From: Eledone cirrhosa
Taxonomy: Eukaryota
Direction: 5' to 3'
Assembly: GCA_964016885.1 (NCBI GenBank)
Contig: OZ024752.1
Location: 29,388,001 to 29,452,000 of the forward strand
Length of the DNA stretch: 64,000 nucleotides
The notes below the pieces were generated by a model. That model had not been told where the DNA came from. It searched no databases and saw only the letters and a program-made list of their open reading frames with translations. Positions 58,401 to 64,000 of the stretch are shown here, piece by piece. The position numbers and the translations under genes are program-made. The stretch's first letter is position 1. Every line of letters starts with the position of its first letter.

Positions 58401-60329
58401 TCACCAGCACTAGAGGTAGAGTTTATCATGTCACCAGCACTAGAGAGGTAGAGTTTATCATGTCACCAGCACTACAGTAGGTAGAGTTTATCATGACACC
58501 ACCACTAGAGAGGTAGAGTGTATCATGTCACCAGCACTAGAGAGGTAGAGTTTATCATGACACCAGCACTAGAGAGGTAGAGTTTATCATGTCACCAGCA
58601 CTAGAGAGGTAGAGTTCATCATGTCACCAGCACTAGAGAGGTAGAGTTTATCATGTCACCAGCACTAGACAGGTAGAGTTTATCATGTCACCAGCACTAG
58701 AGAGGTAGAGTTTATCATGTCACCAGCACTACAGTAGGTAGAATTTATCATGTCACCAGCACTAGAGAGGTAGAGTTTATCATGTCACCAGCAGTACAGT
58801 AGGTAGTTTATAATGTCACCAGCACTAGAGAGGTAGAGCTTATCATGACACCAGCACTAGAGAGGTAGAGTTTATCATGTCACCAGCACTAGACAGGTAG
58901 AGTTTATCATGACACCAGCACTAGAGAGGTAGAGTTTATCATGTCACCAGCACTCCAGTAGGTAGTTTATAATGTCACCAGCACTACAGTAGGTAGTGTT
59001 TATCATGTAACCAGCAGTACAGTAGGTAGTATTTATCATGTCACCAGCACTACAGCAGGTAGTTTTTCATGTCACCAGCACTAGAGAGGTAGAGTTTATT
59101 ATGACACCAGCACTAGAAATGTAGAGTTTATCATGACACCAGCACTAGAGAGGTAGAGTTTATCATTACACCAGCACTAGAGAGGTAGAGTTTATCGTGA
59201 TACCAGCACTAGAGTATGTAGTTTATCATGTCACCAGTACTAGAGAGGTAGAGTTTATTATGTCACCAGCGCTAGAGAGGTAGAGTTTATCATGTCACCA
59301 GCACTAGAGAGGTAGAGTTTATCATGTCACCAGCACTAGAGAGGTAGAGTTTATCATGTCACCAGCACTAGACAGGTAGAGTTTATCATGTCACCAGCAC
59401 TAGAGAGGTAGAGTTTATCATGTCACCAGCAGTACAGTAGGTAGAGTTTATCATGTCACTAGCACTAGAGAGGTAGAGTTTATCATGTCACCAGCAGTAC
59501 AGTAGGTAGTTTATAATGTCACCAGCAGTAGAGAGGTAGAGCTTATCATGACACCAGCACTACAGTAGGTAGTGTTTATCATGTTACCAGCACTACAGTA
59601 GGTAGTGCTTATCATGACACCAGCACTACAGTAGGTACAGTTTATCATGTCACCAGCAGTACAGTAGGTAGAGTTTATCATGTCACCAGCACTAGAGAGG
59701 TAGAGTTTATCATGTCACTAGCACTCCAGTAGGTAGTTTATAATGTCACCAGCACTACAGTAGGTAGTGTTTATCATGTTACCAGCACTACAGTAGGTAG
59801 TGCTTATCATGACACCAGCACTACAGTAGGTACAGTTTATCATGTCACCAGCAGTACAGTAGGTAGAGTTTATCATGTCACCAGCACTAGAGAGGTAGAG
59901 TTTATCATGACACCAGCACTAGAGAGGTAGAGTTTATCATGTCACCAGCACTACAGCAGGTAGTTTATCATGTCACCAGCACTAGAGAGGTAGAGTTTAT
60001 TATGACACCAGCACTAGAGATGTAGAGTTTATCATGACACCAGCACTAGAGAGGTAGAGTTTATTATTACACCAGCACTAGAGAGGTAGAGTTTATCGTG
60101 ATACCAGCACTAGAGTATGTAGTTTATCATGTCACCAGCACTAGAGAGGTAGAGTTTATCATGTCACCAGCACTAGAGAGGTAGAGTTTATCATGTCACC
60201 AGCACTAGAGAGGTAGATTTTATCATGTCACCAGCACTAACGAGGTAGAGTTTATCATGACACCAGCACTAGAGGTTGCCTTGTTCTTGACAAGTCCTTT
60301 CTACCTAACTTGTCTTTGTTTGATTGTCA

Positions 60330-60383
60330 ACTGCTTTACAGAATGTACTGGATGCATTTTATTGTGGCATCAACACTAGAAGG
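60330..60383. repeat. Single diverged copy of the motif amplified in the 48-bp minisatellite, ending in satellite-like sequence
   Basis: 60330-60371 aligns without gaps to accactttacattgtggactgggtgctttttgttgtgacacc at 31/42 identity. It is followed by aacactagaagg (compare satellite agcactagaaagg). Confidence 0.75.
60358..60363 (-). terminator. Candidate distal polyadenylation signal (AATAAA) for CIAO1
   Basis: tttatt on the + strand, ~750 bp downstream of the stop codon and ~80 bp from the satellite edge. Motif match only. Confidence 0.3.
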
Positions 60384-60439
60384 CTTGTCTTGCCTACTAC
60401 AATGCTAAAGAAACCTCTGTTCCATGCAATCTGTGATTG

Positions 60440-60745
60440 TGAAGAGGAGAAACAGTGTAACAGGATGATAGAGTGAGAGATGGTGTGTCAGAGCATGACT
60501 AATGTTACTAATAGTGATATGTCATGGTGAGAGAGAGAGTAAGTGGGATAAGTACCATAGAGAAGAAGATAGAGTGAGAAATGTCAGTGAAGGGTATCAA
60601 TCAGATGTGGGTGATGGTAATTGAAAGTGGTAAATGTTAGTAAAAAGTCTCACAGAGGTTGAGAGAGAGAGAGGGAGTGAGAATATGGCCAGATTCAGTG
60701 TGAAGATGATGAGTGTGGTAGTGGTAATGGAAGTGAAACAGATGA
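60440..60745. repeat. Purine-rich low-complexity stretch with decayed (GA)n and (GTG/GAT)n microsatellites
   Basis: gagagagag runs near 60530 and 60661, many gtg/gat triplets and few C on the + strand. Confidence 0.55.
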
Positions 60746-60814
60746 TAACAACAGCAATATTATATATAGCTGTTTCAAGTACTGCTACTTATTTCCAAGA
60801 ACTAAGTCAAATAA

Positions 60815-60862
60815 ACAAGATGGAATGAAGTGTCTTGTCCAAAGAAAAGGAATTTGAACACA
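60815..60862 (-). mobile_element. Possible decayed tRNA-derived SINE fragment
   Basis: The minus strand reads gttcaaattcc (B-box-like) and then tttggacaagacacttcattcca, resembling the ttgggcaagacactt segment that often follows the tRNA head of animal SINEs. Short, and recognised from memory. Confidence 0.35.
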
Positions 60863-60985
60863 AGTGCATCTAGTCGGTCGTTTTATCTCCATCTCCACTT
60901 TGTATGAATTCATGTGTGATTAGATAAAATATATGGAATGTATGAATGAGATGGGATCGCTCTGACATGTCTGGTCTCAGATCTT

Positions 60986-61040
60986 GACAACCTGTCCAAC
61001 CCATGGCAGTATGGAAAGCAGACATAAAAACGATGATGAT
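60986..61040 (+). mobile_element. 5'-truncated 3'-terminal fragment of the same retroelement tail as at 61778-61846, in opposite orientation
   Basis: The reverse complement of 60986-61016 matches 61816-61846 at 27/31, and 19/20 over catgggttggaca(a/g)gttgtc. It ends in gatgatgat like the other copy. Confidence 0.75.
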
Positions 61041-61110
61041 ATTATCTAGTTGGTTTTTTTTTTTACAAGTAATTAGATAATAAAAAAAAAAAATCTGTTT
61101 TTAAAGCAAT

Positions 61111-61116
61111 TTTAAT
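61111..61116 (-). terminator. Candidate proximal polyadenylation signal (ATTAAA) overlapping the CIAO1 stop codon
   Basis: The minus strand reads TGATTAAA, then CA ~14 nt downstream (61097-61096) and a T12 tract (61093-61082). Confidence 0.35.
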
Positions 61117-61726
61117 CATTCTTGAGGTAAATTCCATAGTTTTACTAAACCATCATCACTACAAGATGCTAACAAACCAGGTATTTTAGGGTTCCACGAA
61201 ACACAATTTACATCCTGTAAATGAGCTGATTTCGCTATGGCAGTTAGTGTAAAAGATGGTTGATTTTTCTCTGAATTAGGTTCTTCGTGAAACACCCGAA
61301 TACAGTCATCCCCACAAGATGTAGCAATATCCCCAGTAAGATGATCCCAATCAACAGAATATATTGTCCTAGAATGGTAACCTGACAGAGTACATACACA
61401 TTTCCATGCACAATCGTCTTCATTTGTTGGTAAACCCAAGTTATTGTCTGACTGGTAACACTGCCATATGCGAATCGTTTTATCATCACTGCACGAGACA
61501 AGTCGGTCGCCTGTTTTATCAAAGCAACTCATCCACACGGTAGACTGGTGGCTATCCAAGGAGGCTAACACTTGCCAATCATCGGTACTTTCTTTTATAA
61601 ACTTGATGGTGTCATCGTAACTACTGGATACAACAATGTCTTGATGTGGGTGCCACGTGACATGTTTGACATCTTGGTTGTGGCAGTTCATCACGCTAGC
61701 ACATTCAAAATCTTCATCTGCTGTAA
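61116..61726 (-). CDS. CIAO1: Terminal coding exon of cytosolic iron-sulfur assembly protein CIAO1/Cia1 (WD40 repeats); upstream exons lie outside the window
   Basis: The translation contains family-typical motifs HNQDVKHVTWHP, SSSYDDTIK, HQSTVW, LVSCSDDKTIRIW, WKCVCTLSGYHSRTIY, IATSCGDDCIRVF and AHLQDVNCVSWNPK..GLLASCSDDG. The frame extends upstream of the ORF call as (V)TADEDFECASVMNCH to an AG acceptor at 61728-61727. The exon is 611 nt = 2 + 203 codons (phase 1 intron), with the TGA stop at 61118-61116. Confidence 0.95.
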
Positions 61727-61754
61727 CTAGAATTTGTGAAAAAGAAAAAAGAAA
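61727..61754 (-). promoter_or_regulatory. 3' splice site (polypyrimidine tract plus AG) of the CIAO1 intron
   Basis: The minus strand reads tttcttttttctttttcacaaattctag|TTACAGCAG. Protein similarity starts at this point. Confidence 0.85.
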
Positions 61755-61794
61755 TATATATATATATACACATATATATCATCATCATCATCAT
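61754..61794. repeat. Compound microsatellite, (AT)n followed by (ATC)5-6
   Basis: atatatatatatatacacatatatatcatcatcatcatcat. The (ATC)n part reads (GAT)n on the minus strand, the probable retroelement tail. Confidence 0.9.
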
Positions 61795-62640
61795 ATTACC
61801 GTATTACGGCCATTCTTCCATGCTAGCATGGGTTGGACAAGTTGTCCTGTTGTTGGCAATGCTAGGTCAAGTGACCATGCCTTGCTTATACAGAACTGAT
61901 TTTGGCTTGGTTTCTACAGCTGGATGCCCTTCCTAGTACTGGGTGCTTGTTGTTGTGACACCTTCATGACCACTTTACATTGTGGGCTGGGTGCTTTTTG
62001 TTGTGACACCTTCATGACCACTTTACATTGTGGACTGGGTGCTTTTTGTTGTGACACCTTCATGACCACTTTACATTGTGGGCTGGGTGCTTTTTGTTGT
62101 GACACCTTCATGACCACTTTACATTGTGGGCTGGGTGCTTTTTGTTGTGACACCTTCATGACCACTTTACATTGTGGACTGGGTGCTTTTTGTTGTGACA
62201 CCTTCATGACCACTTTACATTGTGGGCTGGGTGCTTTTTGTTGTGACACCTTCATGACCACTTTACATTGTGGGCTGGGTGCTTTTTGTTGTGACACCTT
62301 CATGACCACTTTACATTGTGGACTGGGTGCTTTTTGTTGTGACACCTTCATGACCTCTTTACATTGTGGGCTGGGTGCTTTTCGTCGTGATACCTTCATG
62401 ACCACTTTACCATGTGGACTGGATGCTTTTTGCCATGACACCTTTCCAAAAACTTTACATTGTGGGCTGGGTGCTTTTTATCGTGACACCTTCACAACCA
62501 CTTTAGAGTGTGGGCTGGGTGCTTTTTGTCGTGACACCAGCACAACCACTTTATAGTGTGGACTGGGTGCTTTTTGTCGTGACACCTACACGACCACTTT
62601 ACAGTGGGAGGGTGGGGTGGGGCATACAGTATATATGCTT
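61778..62640 (-). mobile_element. Probable 3' UTR and tail of the adjacent LINE (or a partner SINE), containing the 48-bp minisatellite
   Basis: It lies directly 3' of the LINE C-terminal coding remnant on the same strand and ends in a palindrome plus (GAT)n tail. A second copy of the tail at 60986-61040 shows it is a dispersed repeat. Continuity with the LINE is inferred. Confidence 0.6.
61938..62608. repeat. 48-bp minisatellite, ~14 units
   Basis: Unit gacaccttcatgaccactttacattgtgg(g/a)ctgggtgctttttgttgt. The ga(c/t)acc anchor falls every 48 bp from 61957 to 62581 with no indels. Confidence 0.98.
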
Positions 62641-64000
62641 CGGCTTGTGCTCGTGGGAAGTTGCATCTTCTGTATTACTGCATATCACCAGAGATCTCGG
62701 TCCTGTGTCATCGCCTTTGAGGTGCAATTGGGCAAGGTCGGCTTTTATCACTTCAACCCAAGTCTTTCTGGGTCTCCCCACTCCAAGGCTTTCATTGACT
62801 TTGAGCGCTCTGCACCTTTTATGCAGCTGTCATCCATCATACACATCACATATCCATACCAACGCAATCTCCTCTCTTGCACACAACATTTGATTCCTCT
62901 TATGCTTAGTTTCTCTCTCAGTTCGTTTATGCTTTGCCATTTACGTATATTACAATTATACATCCATCGAAGCAGGCAAGCTTCATTTCTTTCCAACTGC
63001 CGCAAGTCTTCTGCACACAGCGCCCATGTCTAACTACCATGCAACATTGCTGTTTGTATGCATGCATCATACAGTCTGCCTTTCATTTTGAGGGAAAAGC
63101 CCTTTGTAGCTAGCAGTGGTAGTAGCTCCTTGAACTTCTTCCATCCTGTTCTTACCCTGGTTACTGTACTTTCAGAACACCCACCTCAGCTGCTAATTTG
63201 GTCACCCAGGTAGCAGAAGTTGTCTACTGTTTCTACTGAGCCCTCCCAGAATTTGGTAGTGCTTGTTTCCTGAGGTCATTTGCTGCTTATTTTCCCGATG
63301 CAACTGCTACATGTAAAGCCTACATTCTTAGCTAAACTTCCTGAGATCCCACTACATCTGTGTACCCATAGTTTGCATATGGGGCAGAGGATGGAGTTTC
63401 TACCTACACCTTTCCTATTTACCGAGTAAGGCCATTCCCTCGAGGGGATCTGTGTTCTGTTTTCTTTTCTACTTTCTAGGACCTTAGTCTTTGCCAGGTT
63501 GACTTTAAAACCCCTTTCTCGGCCCTCCATGTTTGGAATTTCTTCTCTAGTTCTACCATAGATTCAGCTATGAGTTTAAGATGATCTGTGTACAGAGAAG
63601 TTCCTATAGGCATCTGGTCTTAAACTCCTCTGTTATAGCCTGCAAAACAATAATAAACAACTTGTATGCTAAATTCTTCACTATAGTCATTGTTAATCTA
63701 ACTTTGCTAACTGCTCCTCTATACATGGTTTGTACAGTCTTCATAAGTCACTCATATACTCTAGTTTTCTAAGAGCCCACCAGATTATGGCATTGGGCAC
63801 TCTGCCAAAAGCATTCTCCAGATCAACAAATGTTAGGTAGAGAGGCTTACTTTTAGCTACGTACTTTTCCAGTAACTGCCTCACAATTTACCCGGTCCCT
63901 AAACAACTGTGCTATGACTCTTTCTGTTACTTTCATTACCTAGTTCATCAGTTTCATACCTCTATAGTTTCCTCTATCTAGTGGATCTCCTTTACCCTTG
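62640..64000 (-). mobile_element. Decayed non-LTR retrotransposon (RTE-like LINE): reverse transcriptase and C-terminal remnant, continuing past the right edge
   Basis: Minus-strand fragments in the expected order: KGKGDPLDRGNYRGMKL (window end), LYLTFVDLENAFGRVP..IWWALRKL (~63843-63765), YTDH in place of YADD (~63592-63581), GFKVNLAKTKVL, a Cys/His cluster SILCPICKLWVHRCSGI, RRLRWYGYV and GRPRKTW. It carries stops and frameshifts, and the QG..LSP segment appears deleted. Confidence 0.9.

Larger units (their letters stand above)
1..60276. repeat. Large tandem satellite array with 32-bp and 33-bp monomer types (minor 30/31-bp deletion variants); continues beyond the left edge of the window
   Basis: The ggtag anchor recurs at 4, 36, 68 and 101, giving periods of 32, 32 and 33. 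The core tttatcatg(t/a)caccagcact is followed by agagag or acagtag throughout. No inversion or foreign insertion was seen by eye. The array ends abruptly at ...cactagaggt|tgccttg. Confidence 0.99.

Noticed and set aside
1-60276. CRISPR-like array with ~32-bp repeats
   Set aside because: Monomers are head-to-tail with no unique spacers, there are no cas genes, and the context is an intron-containing animal gene.
1-60276. Hammerhead ribozyme-like core on the minus strand (CTGGTGA...GATAAAC)
   Set aside because: It departs from the required CUGANGA and GAAA cores, and I could not build the three helices. An Infernal search with the Rfam hammerhead models would settle it.
1-60276. Repeated AG/GTAGAG or AG/GTAAAG splice-donor-like motifs on the + strand
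   Set aside because: The match to the donor consensus is weak and no + strand gene is evident.
1-60276. Assignment of the array as a centromere or telomere
   Set aside because: No telomeric motif is present, and centromere function cannot be read from sequence alone; it needs CENP-A data.
60634-60828. 64-aa ORF
   Set aside because: It lies in low-complexity GA/GT-rich sequence, has no recognisable motif and is antisense to the CIAO1 3' region.
61244-61936. ORFs 61244-61522, 61657-61899 and 61736-61936
   Set aside because: They are alternative-frame or antisense shadows of the CIAO1 exon and microsatellites. The poly-His and poly-Ile runs come from (ATC)n.
61914-62556. Cys/His-rich 210-aa and Lys/Gln-rich 175-aa repeat proteins on opposite strands
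   Set aside because: A stop-free 48-bp unit opens long frames automatically. The region is intronic and retroelement-associated, with no evidence of coding constraint.
62510-63772. + strand ORFs 62510-62893, 62617-63033 and 63581-63772
   Set aside because: They are antisense to the decayed LINE coding sequence and have no independent features.
62640-64000. Active or domesticated reverse transcriptase
   Set aside because: The catalytic YADD is degraded, and there are in-frame stops, frameshifts and internal deletions.

Overview
Eukaryotic (animal) genomic DNA. About 94% of the window (1 to ~60276, open at the left edge) is one uninterrupted, single-orientation satellite. It is built from two interleaved monomer types, 32 bp (ggtagagtttatcatgtcaccagcactagaga) and 33 bp (ggtagagtttatcatgtcaccagcactacagta), roughly 1,850-1,900 monomers. 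Rare variants reveal kb-scale duplications with different periods, and the two edges share variants. The last 3.7 kb holds the terminal coding exon of a CIAO1/Cia1 WD40 gene (minus strand, 61116-61726). The intron upstream of it holds a decayed RTE-type LINE on the minus strand, whose probable 3' UTR carries a 48-bp minisatellite and ends in a palindrome plus (GAT)n tail. The most interesting signal is that the large satellite, a single motif copy 54 bp past its edge, and the 48-bp minisatellite appear homologous. This suggests one retroelement 3'-UTR motif seeded two independent tandem arrays on either side of the exon. The repeat style recalls octopus genomes, but that is recollection and is not verified. 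No CRISPR array, RNA gene or new protein-coding system is supported.
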